A program made the position numbers and the translations under genes. The notes under the pieces were generated by a model. The model was not told the origin of the DNA and searched no databases. It was given only the letters and a program-made list of their open reading frames with translations. A stretch of 64,000 bases of DNA from Octopus sinensis. Lineage: Eukaryota. Below, piece after piece: positions 51,162 through 63,334 of the stretch. The stretch is from NCBI RefSeq assembly GCF_006345805.1, contig NC_042997.1:51088001-51152000 (forward strand), in the 5' to 3' direction. Positions within the stretch are counted from its first letter, which is position 1, and each line of letters starts with the position of its first letter.

Positions 51162-51340
51162 AATTTAACCTAAATGTATTTTAATTTAACCTAAATGTAT
51201 TTTAATTTAACCTAAGTGTATTTTAATTTAACCTAAATGTATTTTAATTTAACCTAAATGTATTTTAATTTAACCTAAATGTATTTTAATTTAACCTAAA
51301 TGTATTTTAATTTAACCTAACTGTATTTTAATTTAACCTA
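51162..51340 (+). repeat. 21-bp minisatellite (~8.5 copies, AATTTAACCTAAATGTATTTT)
   Basis: Period of 21 read directly from the sequence. Confidence 0.93.
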
Positions 51341-51471
51341 AAAAAAAAAATTAACGAACTACTGAGTTTGGTTTAATTGGCCTATCATTGTATACTATGA
51401 GTTTCTTTGCCCTAGGAGTCGGGAAGACACTCGGCAAGAAATGGAAGCAAATTTGAAAGAAGAAAAAAAAA

Positions 51472-51472
<1 letters not shown>
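51341..51472 (+). mobile_element. Dong family B 3' UTR-only insertion
   Basis: Matches 38510-38637. Confidence 0.88.
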
Positions 51473-51547
<75 letters not shown>

Positions 51548-52559
51548 TAATAATAATAATAATGATAATGATAATAATAATGATATTGATAATAATAATA
51601 AGAGGTGAGGTAAGAAGGCGGCTGGACGTGACAGAGGATGGACGTATTTTTCCGATGCTCTGAACTCTCCACAGCTAACCGCGCAGGACAACTGAAAATA
51701 ACAACTGTAGAATACTGGAAGATCTACTGTTTTCTGTGAGTAATTTGAATTTCCTTCAAAATAAGTTAAGGAACTTACATATCTACAGCTCATACAAACG
51801 TACACCTAACAAGAAAAATTAGAAACATAAATATCTCCAATTTTGTGAACATTTAGCCGTCTTATGACTATAAGAATGTGTAAAATTGCCTTTTATTGTA
51901 ACAACACAATTAAATGCACGATAAAAAATTATGGAATTAAGCACCTGCTAATATATACATACAACTGAATCCAGAAATTAAAAAAATATATACATAACAT
52001 TGAATTCAGAAATTTTTAAAAAATTCATCGACGTAAACATCAGATAATATGTGTGTGTGAGTATACACATACATATGTATGTGGAAAGGAAGAAAAGAGA
52101 AAAAAAAAAATAAATGTAAACAGGTTTGACCTTTTACTGACCATTAATGTCATTTGTCTCCACCATCTGCTGAATCTATTTATAGAACCATAGAACATGA
52201 CCTCTTTAACCAACCATTCCCCACACAATGGCAGTAGTGGTGATGACAGTGGCTGTGAATACACATAAAACAATGTCATTGATGATGATGATGATGGTGA
52301 TGGTGGTGAAGGTGATAGTAATAACAATAATAACTGACATATCCCTTTTTTTTTCTTTTCTTTCTCCGTATTTTATTCTCATTATTTCGAACTTATTTTA
52401 TAAGTTTAAAAGAGGAAGGAAAAGAAGGAAGGAAAAAGGGGAAGAAGGAGATAGAGAGAAAGAGAAAGGAAAAAAGGAAAAGAGAGGAAAAAAGAAAAAA
52501 GAGGAAAAAAATGTTCGGAGATAAAACAATCAACAAAAAAATACAGACGAATACAGATC

Positions 52560-53887
52560 TGTTAGCCTTAAGAAGCTTCGCTACGAGCAATGCTTACGTG
52601 TAGAGAACCCTAAACTGACAGATCCATCTCCTAATGTAAGAATGGAAGCTCGTCATGCTTCAATGTCAACAAACCAAACAATAAACCGCATTGGTCGTTG
52701 CGCTGATTACAAAAGACCACGTACCCGAAAATTGAACCAAATTCTGATTGAAAAATCAGCTACTGGATCAAATCTTCCCAACACACAGGAGCTGGACGTA
52801 CCCCACAACCGGAATATTCCAACAGATGGCCATCCATGCTCGTCACCAAATAGTCAAAACAAAAAGAAGGAAAAATGGTCTAGGGAAGATAATAAAGAAG
52901 TTCTTGAGGCCTTCTACCATGCCATATATTTCCCCACAGATAAATCTAGCACTGTACAAGCATACTTAAACTGGAGACAGAAACACCCTGAAGTAAGACC
53001 CTACATAGACAGTAACAAACTTGCCAACGTCAGAAGAAACATTATAAAAAAAAAGATACTGACTGAAGTAGAGATTGATCAAGTTAGACAAGCAATATCG
53101 GATAAAATGAACGAAGCTGCAGCTAGAGAAGATAATACAGAGGAAATAATTTTAGACCAGCCCAGGGCTGATAAAAACGAAGTGAGGATTGAAAGAGTTA
53201 GTATAAGTGACAGGCAAAGTGAAATACTCCCTGAACCAATCATAAACACTAAGACAGATGAACATCAAATAGATAAAGAAAGTCACACAAATATTGACCC
53301 AACAGAACTACATGAGCTAAAAAATCAAACCATGATTGAATGGCTGAAAATTAAAGAAACCAGCATGGATGAACGTGATACACTTCCTAAAATCCGCAAT
53401 TCTAACCAAAACATGAAAATAATTGGTAAAATCCGGCTTGCACTTAAGGATATAATTTCAGCTAATGATGTTGATATCACAAATCTCAACCACCTATAAT
53501 ATGCATTCGCGAAAATCTCAACGATCCTATGTGGTGTAAAGATCAGAAAACGGCAACATTCCCACAAAAAGCCTTCTTGGCAAGAGCGTCTGCAACAACA
53601 AATTAAAATATTTAGATCTGACATTGAATATTTGAAAAATCTTAAGGCTCACAAGACTACCAAACCTACAAAAACCCCAAAATTACTGAAAAAATACAAT
53701 ATGAAAACTATACTTGATATTGATGCCACCATAGAAACCATCAAACAAAAGGTATCTGCCAAAGCTGCCCGCATAGCGAGGTATGAAAAGCGTGTTAGAT
53801 TTTTCAAGGACAACAACATGTTCAAAAATAACACCAAGAATTTTTACAGGAAGATAGGAAAAACAGCGTTTACAGCAAGGTCTGTAT
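52560..53887 (+). mobile_element. Dong family C, 5' third only
   Basis: Highly similar to 42235-43566; breaks off into a 13-bp array. Confidence 0.92.
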
Positions 53888-54247
53888 CATCAAATATTTT
53901 CATCAAACAATTTCATCAAACATTTTCATCAAACATTTTTCATCGAACATTTATCATGAAACAATTTCATCAAACATTTTCATCAAACATTTATCATCAA
54001 ACATTTTCATCAAACATTTTCATCAAATATTTTCATCAAATATTTTCATCAAACATTTTAATCAAACATTTTCATCAAACATTTTCATCAAACATTTATC
54101 ATCAAACATTGTCATCAAACATTTTCATCAAACATTTTCATCAAACATATTCATCAAACATTTTCATCAAACATTTTCATCAAACAATTTCATCAAACAT
54201 TTTTCATCAAACATTTTCATCAAAATTTTAATCAAACATTTTCATCA
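53886..54247 (+). repeat. ~13-bp tandem array, consensus CATCAAACATTTT
   Basis: Seen directly in the sequence. Confidence 0.92.
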
Positions 54248-54619
54248 TGATATATATAGATGTACGTATATATATATATATATTTTTATTTTTTTATTTT
54301 TTTTTATTTTTTATTTTTTATTATTTTTTAATTTTTATATTTATTTTTATTTTTATTTTCCCTTTCTCTTTTTGTCTCTCTCCCCTTCTCCAAACACACA
54401 CACAAACACACGAACACACAGAGACACCACACACACACACACACACACACCTCCACAAAACGATCATAGAAAGTATGACCCCAAATGACATTTGTCCGGC
54501 CAGCCTACCCACAACACACACTCAGTGACACCAGAATTGACAGAGAGCCAAAATTCTTAGAAAACCATAGGGGGTCCAGCAGGCCAACGGAAATACTTCT
54601 TCTTCCCTCTCAGATACAA

Positions 54620-54657
<38 letters not shown>

Positions 54658-54789
54658 ACACACACACACACACATACACACACACATACACACACACACA
54701 CACATACACATACACACTTGTTTTCTCTGTCTCACTTCCTCCTCACCCTCTTATACTGTCTTATTCCTCCCCACTAATACGAAACTATA

Positions 54790-57700
54790 AAATGTTCAAA
54801 TTCCCCACAAAGGAATTGATTTGATTTGAAAACCCCACTGGATTGGGAGAAAGCGCTAATAATCCGAATGATATGATCTGAATGATATGATAGATATATA
54901 TATGTAAAAAATGTAATATATAAATAAATATCTATAAATATGAACCATCCGATCTGATTACCTCATTTTTTCTAATATATAATACCTGTACATCATCTCC
55001 AAACCTTCCAATACATATATTTGGATGTACATGACATCAGAATGGATGGACTAATATCAGATCCACAAACAGAAGATACCAAAAATACAGAAAATATTGA
55101 AAGGAATGGAACAGAACCAGACCCCAAACAGGCTTATACCAAACACGCAGAAGACCTAACACAAATCTGCCAAATATGCAATGCCGAAATAAACAAGACA
55201 GAAGCACATCTTCAACAGGGAAATACCAGAAGCATGGAAGATCTACTCACAGAAACCTGTAGTAAGTTAAATTCACTTCTCTCAAAAATTGATACGCTCT
55301 TTGCAAACATGCTTTAACAATAAATACAATCCAAACACAAAATATTCTCTGTAAAAATAATCAACAAACACAACTGATAACACAAACCTTCTGGCGGGAC
55401 TACCCCAATCACAAAGGACAACAAATGACGAAGAAACAAAAACTGACACAAACCAAGAAAAACCTTCAAAACCCCAAGACTGGAACAAACTTCTAAACCA
55501 ACGAAAATATGCTTATTGGAAAAACATACGCTGTAAGAACATAGCCAACATATATCAAAACTGGCGGGACTTGAAGAACCCAATACTCCCTAGAAAATTT
55601 CTTATCAAAGAAATAAGGGGTGAAACACTAGAAGAAACGACAATACGTGCAAACCTAGCCCTCTGCCGACTAGAAACGGAAATTTCCCTTCTACAAACAC
55701 GAAGCACACACCAGGAAGATAAGATTAAAACAATCGATACCGTCATAATGGCCGAGATAACAGAAAGGAACAATAACCAAAACAAAGAAAAACTACAACA
55801 ATTATGGAAAGAGGATACCGAACGAGAGGAGGAAAGATCCAGATTTATGTGGACCAAACAACATGAGTGGTTTTTAAACTACGAAAAGAACTATGGGGAA
55901 GAATCAATTATGAAGACAAAAAAACTACCAAAACAAATGAATAGATACAACAAACCAACACCACAAACATATTGGACTCCCAGACATCCAAATAAGCCCT
56001 ACCAAACACAAACCAAAATCCCGCTCCTTACACTGCCGAACCCCTCAATAAACAGATACACAAAATATGAAAGACAACCATCAACCCAAAACCCCACAAA
56101 AACAAACACACCAACAGCAAGGCGAGCACAATACATACAACCAACAACCTATAACACTTGGAGAGAACAAATAGAATAGGAACAACCACCAACACATGAC
56201 ACTGGACACCCTAAAGGGACACACACATGGAACAATATACAAATGGATAGAAACCAACACATAACCTACAACAAACATCGAGGAAATCGAAACCACGCAA
56301 ACACCAACCCCATGCAACCCCACAAATTTACAAGATGGATAAAAAACAACTCCCACTATCAATACAATACAAACACAATACATGAACCATCCACCTACCC
56401 ACAAAGAAACCTGAACCCCAGTAATAAATATTGGCTCAACAAACACAGAAGATGGGAAGAAAACAATTACCAAAGACAAAACAACACATACAGACCACAC
56501 AGACCACCCCTACTACAAGAAAACCTAAGAACTGAAAATGGAATTTGGAGACGTAACAACACAACCCATTTTTTAGGGAGAGGATACTTCAACCATACTC
56601 CAGACCCAATACACCAAAAATTCCGGATGAACTCCCAAAACACATAGACCCCAAAATAATAAACTTATCTAAAAGAGAACTTGACGAATATGAAATGAAC
56701 CTACTACTAAAAGGCCTCGAATTTACACCTACACCCACTCCAAACCTCATAGAACTAAAAACTGATATAGACAACTTCAGCCGCTACCTCTGCCTTATGG
56801 AATTCTTTGAAAATAAAGAAACTGAAGATAACTCAATCATAAGAAAAAAATCCCACTTCACCCCTTACAAGGGAAGTGACAAACACCTTGACACATACAT
56901 AGAGACAATATCCAAATTCCCTCTCCACACACACAAATGCAAACAGAATCTCCGCAGAGAAGAAAAACAAGCCCTACAAAAACTGAAAAATGACAAATCA
57001 ATCGTTGTAAAAGAAGCTGACAAAGGTGGATCAATAGTAATTATGGATACAGATTACTACAAAGAAAAGATACTAGAGTTACTGAACAACCAGACATATT
57101 ACAAAGAGGAACCAACACCACCGGAGAAAACAACAATAAAAAAAATTAGAAATTTAGTCAATGAATATCAGGACTCCTTTACAGATAAGGAGGAAGACTA
57201 TCTATGCAACTCACAAACCAAAGAAAGCAACTTTTATGGATTACCTAAAATTCATAAAAGCTCGGAAATACAGAGAGCCATAAAGGAACAGAGGAACCAC
57301 TATATAAGAGTACAAAGGCCTGCAGACCTCACAATGAGACCAATAGTGGCAGGACCCCAGGCACCAACACAACAACTAAGCCACTTCATAGATATACTCC
57401 TCAAACCTTTATGCCACAGATTCCAAGTTACATAAGGGATGACATAGACTTCCTCACACACATTCCAAATACAGTCCCGAAAAACACCATACTTGCAAGC
57501 TTTGATGTCACAAATCTATACACAAACATACCACACACCCTAGGTCTAGAAGCTATAAAACAATCAATAGAAAAATACAGAGAACTTATAGACGAACGCT
57601 TCAAGACAAACTTTATCACCCAAGCCACCCAACTAATACTAGAAGAAAACACATTCTCATTCAACAAGACATACCGACAGATAAAAGGCACGGCTATGGG

Positions 57701-58532
57701 TACAAAATTCGCACCTTCATATGCCAACCTGGTGATGGGCTTCCTGGAGAAAAAACTATATGACGAAATAGGGAAAGTCTTCGAACACGACTTCAGAGAA
57801 GACATCAAGAAAAAGTGGAAACGCTACCTCGATGACTGTTTCATCTTTTGGAACAGATCAGAAGAGGACCTACAAACATTCCACAACATCCTCAATACGC
57901 TGCACCCATCCATCAATTTCACAATAGATACCAGCCACAACAAACTTCCCTTCCTAGACATCAACATCAAAATACACAACTCCATCGTCACAACAGACAT
58001 CCACTACAAAAAAACTGACACATATCAATACTTAAATTTCCACTCCTGCCACCCATCCCACACAAAAAGAAACATCCCATATAGTATGGCACGACGAATA
58101 TGTAGCATAGTAACTGATTCACAAATACGACTAATAAGACTAGATGAACTCAAAAACTTCCTCCTAGAGCAAAAATACCCCCTTAAACTAATAGAAAATG
58201 GAATCACAAGAGCATTAAAACTAGATATCACACAACTCAGGACACCCAAAACAAAAAACAAAGAAAACACTATCCCTTTTATAAACACACACAACCCTGA
58301 AGTTACCAACATCTTCCAAACCATACATTCAAACCTACCAATAGCCTTACAAAGCCCCAAAATGAAAAACATATTAAACAAATATAGCATAAAAAACAGT
58401 AGACGACAGGACAAAAACCTAAAAAAACACCTAACAAGAGCGAAATTCTCTTCAGAAACTAAAACGGAATTCTTTGCAAAAGAGTGCGGAGATGGTAGAT
58501 GTGGGATCTGCAGCAACCCCACCTACAAATAA
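54790..58532 (+). mobile_element. Penelope-like element (Neptune-type), frameshifted and truncated before the GIY-YIG domain
   Basis: LLKGLEFTPTP, KEADKGG, FYGLPKIHK, MRPIV, FDVTNLYTNIP, GTAMGT.FAPSYANL, RYLDDCF, FLDI, and a linker CGDGRCGIC (C-x4-C-x2-C). The 5' boundary is approximate. Confidence 0.88.
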
Positions 58533-58608
58533 TTGTTTTTTTAGGTGGCTGCTGCTGCTGCTTTCTGTATATATATAGAGTGAATTCTTGTTTACTACTA
58601 CAGTCAAG

Positions 58609-58716
58609 ATGCCTCACCATCCACGATACACCAGATTCTGCTTTACACTTAACAACTATGACGATGTCGACGTTTATAGACTTCAGCATATGGAGCATAT
58701 TCGTTATATGGTTTTT
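58609..58716 (+). pseudogene. Candidate endogenous CRESS-DNA virus Rep N-terminus (RCR motif I)
   Basis: MPHHPRYTRFCFTLNNYDDVDVYRLQHMEHIRYMVF: FTLNN motif I about 12 aa from the Met and Y-h-h-F at the spacing expected before motif II; TATA-like tract about 35 nt upstream. Confidence 0.6.
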
Positions 58717-58871
58717 CGAAAATTTTCACCGAAAATTTTACCCAAAAATTTTCACCGAAAATTTTACCCAAAAATTTTCGCCAACAACTTTTCGAAAATT
58801 TTAATCGAAAATTTTACCCAAAAATTTTTCAAAAATTTTCCCCAAGAATTTTTCGAAAATTTTCACCGAAA
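58717..58871 (+). repeat. 12-14-bp tandem array with AAAATTTT core (consensus CACCGAAAATTTT)
   Basis: About 12 units, seen directly in the sequence. Confidence 0.9.
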
Positions 58872-58879
58872 ATATGTAT

Positions 58880-60270
58880 ACATAGCTGACTTCCTGGTGA
58901 CCCACAAACTCCTAAATGCAAATCAGTATGGCTTTCGCTGTGGCAGGGACTGTCTAACACAGCTCTTACACCACATTGAAGATGTACTCAAAGCCTTGGG
59001 AACAGGTTCGAACTCTGACGTCATATATCTTGACTTCAGTAAAGCATTCGACAGGGTAGACCATAATATCCTACTCTCAAAATTGGCAAATGTTGGAATC
59101 CGTGGAAAAGTTCTACACTGGATTAAGTATTTCCTGGCGAATAGAATACAACATGTTGTAGTTGATGGAGTCCACTCAAGCCCAGCAAAAGTTGCCAGTG
59201 GTGTTCCCCAGGGGACTGTCTTGGGTCCGCTACTCTTCATAATTTACATAAACGGCCTTTCCAGTGTCGTACATTACTGCAAAGTGAAAATATTTGCTGA
59301 TGACACTAAGCTCCAGCAAATCGTCAATGAAGAAGCAGACCGAACTCAACTCCAGTCTGATCTATATGCTGTGAGTCAATGGGCAGACAGAAACAAAATG
59401 CAACTGAATGAGGGAAAATTTGAACTGATGCATTTTGGAAAAAATTCCTCACTAAAACAGCCATACTCTCTTCCTTCAGGGGAACCGCTCACAGCCTCTA
59501 ACAATATCAGAGACCTGGGTGTAATTGTTGATGACGATCTCAGTTGGAATGCACACATCAACAAGAAGGTCGATATAGCTCGTAGGATGAATTCCTGGAT
59601 CTTTAGAACTTTCCGGTCCAGAGAACAAGGTGTCATCATACCACTTTTCTCCTCCTTTGTACGGCCACACCTCGAATATTGCTGCCCACTGTGGTCTCCC
59701 CATACAAGACAAAACATCTCCAGGATTGAGTCACCCCAGAGGGCACTCACTAAACGAATTGAAGGCATGGCTGCTCTCGATTATTGGGATCGCCTTAAAG
59801 CCTTGAAACTTTACTCTCTCCAGCGTCGCCGTGAGCGGTACACCATTTATACGATGTGGAGAATATACCGCCAACTTTGCCCAAACGACCTTAACATTAG
59901 CTTCAAGGTTCATCCAAGACTGGGACCACGGGCCATACGTCCCCTGCCCAATTCAAGATCACAGCATACATGTACACTGCAACATAATTTCATTTCCTCA
60001 ACAGGCCCTGCCCTATTTAACATTGTCCCGAGGGAGATCAAAGAGGAAAAGGATCCCATCAACTTTAAACGGAGTCTGGATAGATTCCTTCAAAGAATAC
60101 CAGATAAGCCACCCATAATTGGATACAACTCACCCAACAAGAACTCACTACTTGAATGGACCATAAACAAAACTTATCTTAAACAGGTTCGAATAATCCT
60201 ATCAGGTGGTGCTATTAAGTTAGACATGGCCTGGACCAATCTTTGGTCGAAACATATCTAAGTTTATCAT
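58880..60270 (+). mobile_element. 5'-truncated CR1-like LINE with an open RT frame
   Basis: NQYGFR, VIYLDFSKAFDRVDH, SGVPQGTVLGPLLF, FADDTKL, DLGV, RPHLEYC; stop at 60261; (ATT/ACT)n tail. Confidence 0.9.
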
Positions 60271-60313
60271 TTTCATTATCATTATCATTATTACTACTAC
60301 TACTACTGCTATA

Positions 60314-60356
<43 letters not shown>

Positions 60357-60413
60357 TACTACTACTACTACTACTACTATTATTATTACTATTATTATTA
60401 TTATTATTACTTT

Positions 60414-60460
<47 letters not shown>

Positions 60461-60494
60461 TTATTATTACTATTATTATTATTATTATTACTTT

Positions 60495-60541
<47 letters not shown>

Positions 60542-60635
60542 ATACTAATACTACTACTATTATTATTTTTGATATTATTATTAATTTTATTATTATTATT
60601 ATTAATATTATTATTATTACTATTACTATTACCAT

Positions 60636-60667
<32 letters not shown>

Positions 60668-60691
60668 TTCTTCTTATTATTATCATTATTA

Positions 60692-60733
<42 letters not shown>

Positions 60734-60749
60734 ATATTAGCATTAATAT

Positions 60750-60787
<38 letters not shown>

Positions 60788-60985
60788 TAATACTACTACT
60801 ACTATTATTATTTTTAATATTATTATTAATTTTATTATTATTATTATTAATATTATTATTATTACTATTACTATTACCATTACTACTACTACTGCTACTA
60901 CTATTCTTCTTATTATTATCATTATTATTATTATTATTATTATTATCATTATTATTATCATTATCATTAATATTAGCATTAATAT

Positions 60986-61047
<62 letters not shown>
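60270..61047. repeat. Compound (ACT)n/(ATT)n microsatellite with a ~245-bp direct duplication
   Basis: The interrupted pattern at ~60555-60785 recurs at ~60800-61045. Confidence 0.9.
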
Positions 61048-61048
<1 letters not shown>

Positions 61049-63010
61049 GAGGGACAAATCGCCGGGTTTGAATAGTCTACCCTACGAGCTTTACAGTTGT
61101 ATGCCAGACTTGTTTGGAGACGTCTTGGCAGCGGTGTACTGCAACTGGCAGCAAAACGGGAGCATTCCTGGTTTTGTGAGCCGAGAAGCCGTAATACTGA
61201 TGAAGAAAGATCTAAACAAGGGAAATGTAATAGATAACTTTAGGCCCATCACTCTGCTTAATGCAGACTTGAAAATTTTGGCCAAGGTGTTAGCCAAGAG
61301 GTTGGCGCTTGTCATCGAGAAACTGGTCGACAAGGTGCAAACGTGCGCCGTGCCGGGCCGGACCACCCATGACAACCTCCACCTGATGCGCTACATCATA
61401 GACAGGGTAGTTAACGAACCTGGCATGGGTGGGGCCCTGATCAATTTGGATCAATCGAAAGCTTTCGATAGGGTAGACCATCGATACATGGAGGCTGTCC
61501 TAAGAGCGGCTGGCTTCGGTCCCGTCTTTCGCGGCTGGATAGCCACTTTGTACAGAGGCATCCATTCGGTAATTCGCGTAAATGGACATCTATCGAGACC
61601 TTTCGACATCGCACGTTCGGTCCGTCAGGGATGCCCCCTCTCGGCGCTTCTATACGTATTCACTCTCGAGCCATTATTGCGGAAACTGGCAACTCTGAGG
61701 GGCATCCCGCGAGAATTGGGATGCGGGACGAGCGTGTCTGCATACGCGGATGACGTCACCGTCATAGTGTCTAGCCACGAGCACATCGAGCAGGTCGGCG
61801 AGACACTGAAAAACTACGAAGCGGTGACAGGAGCGAAAATCAACCGGGAAAAGTCAGTGGGCTTGCGACTAGGCACCTGGAGAAGCAAGCCCATGCCGTC
61901 CACCAGCGCCTCCGTTGTGGGACGCTAGACCGACGGTCCGGTCGAGTTGCTCAGGGTCTGGTTCAGTCCGGACCTCCAAATGGAGAAGAACTGGAAACCG
62001 ATAACGAGTAGGGTGGTCACTCTCGCCCGGCAATGGGCCGAGAGGAAACTGTCCCTAAAAGGTCGGGTGGAGGTGGCGAACACGTACATCGCATCCGTCA
62101 TCTACTACCGCCTGACCGTCGTGCCTTGTTCCGACCATACCATCACCAAACTAGAACGCATTCTCTTTCGCTTCTTGCGGAAAGAATGCGTCCCGATGGT
62201 CATGTTATCCATTTGCTATCAACACCCGTTAAAAGGAGGACTAGGCATGCCGTGGTTGATGATGCGCAGACACACGCTGAGACTGCGACATCTCAGGCTC
62301 TTCGTAGACGACAGTGAACAGGTGTGGTCGCCGTTTGTGAGGCACGCTTTCCCGCAGCTCGTCTCCATGACCGAACTGCAGTCGTGGATAAAAAAGAGGC
62401 CGAAGAAGGGCGAATGGCACCGCGAGTGTCGCTTTGCTCTCAATCAACTCTGCCGTCCCGGGTCGACCTTGAGTGACTCCATCACAACCCAAGCATTCTA
62501 TAGGGGATTAGTGGAGGGGAGGTACGACGACGAGCTCGGGGCGAACCTGGGCGTCGACGAAGAATACCTGACCCGCCTATTCGGGACGACTATCGGGCCA
62601 GGGTCCATGGACAACTTCCAGAGATCCCTGGCCTGGCAGTGCTACCGAGAAGCGCTACCCGTTCGGGATAAGCTCTACAGACACGGCTCGAGAAACACGG
62701 GGCCGACCTGCCCGAGATGCGGTCAGAGCGACGAAACCGTTCTGCACGCACTCGTGCAGTGTCCAACAATTTCCGACCTGTGGGCTTATGTCGACCAACT
62801 GCTGTCACGTGTAGGACGAGTCGGTTTATCAGCTGAGTCTATCGTCAATATTGTCAAAATGAGTCTATCGTCAATATTTTTTTCTTTTTCCCTTTTACGA
62901 TCCCTTTTGATCGAAAACCTACGCCACTTTTTTTTTATCCCCCAAAAGAAAAGCTCTACCTTGTAATTTGTCCCATCTGTGTGCAGCCCTGTGTGGCCAA
63001 TAAAGAAACT
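61048..63010 (+). mobile_element. 5'-truncated Tx1/L1-clade LINE (RT and zinc knuckle)
   Basis: FRPITLLNADLKIL, LDQSKAFDRVDH, VRQGCPLS, AYADD, CPRC...ETVLHALVQC; AATAAA at 62999-63004, then (TATC)n. Confidence 0.9.
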
Positions 63011-63334
63011 TATCTATCTAGCAGTCTATCTATCTATTTATCTACGGACGTGCTGTCACTTCGGCTGCGAAGGTAATCGTTTATTTTGACTATTTATAGC
63101 CCAATTTTTGTGTACATTTTTGCAAATAAGGTGTGTAAGGCACCAAACTTTCGTTTGAGTGCTTTTCCAAGGGAGGAATTCAACCCCATTTCATTTCTGT
63201 AATTTTCTTCTCGACATTAGAAAATGTCGAGAAATTTTATTGTAGAACGCTGGTCGCGTTCCTTTATGGACCAGCGTTTTCCTAGTTTGGAAACGCTAGA
63301 AGAAAAAAAGAACGTACGCACGCAAAGTGCAAAC

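Noticed and set aside
58540-58608. CRESS origin (stem-loop with TAGTATTAC-type nonanucleotide)
   Set aside because: Only TAGTAGTAA (minus strand) in a weak stem; not convincing.
51162-58871. CRISPR arrays
   Set aside because: The repeats are contiguous with no unique spacers, there are no cas genes, and the context is eukaryotic.
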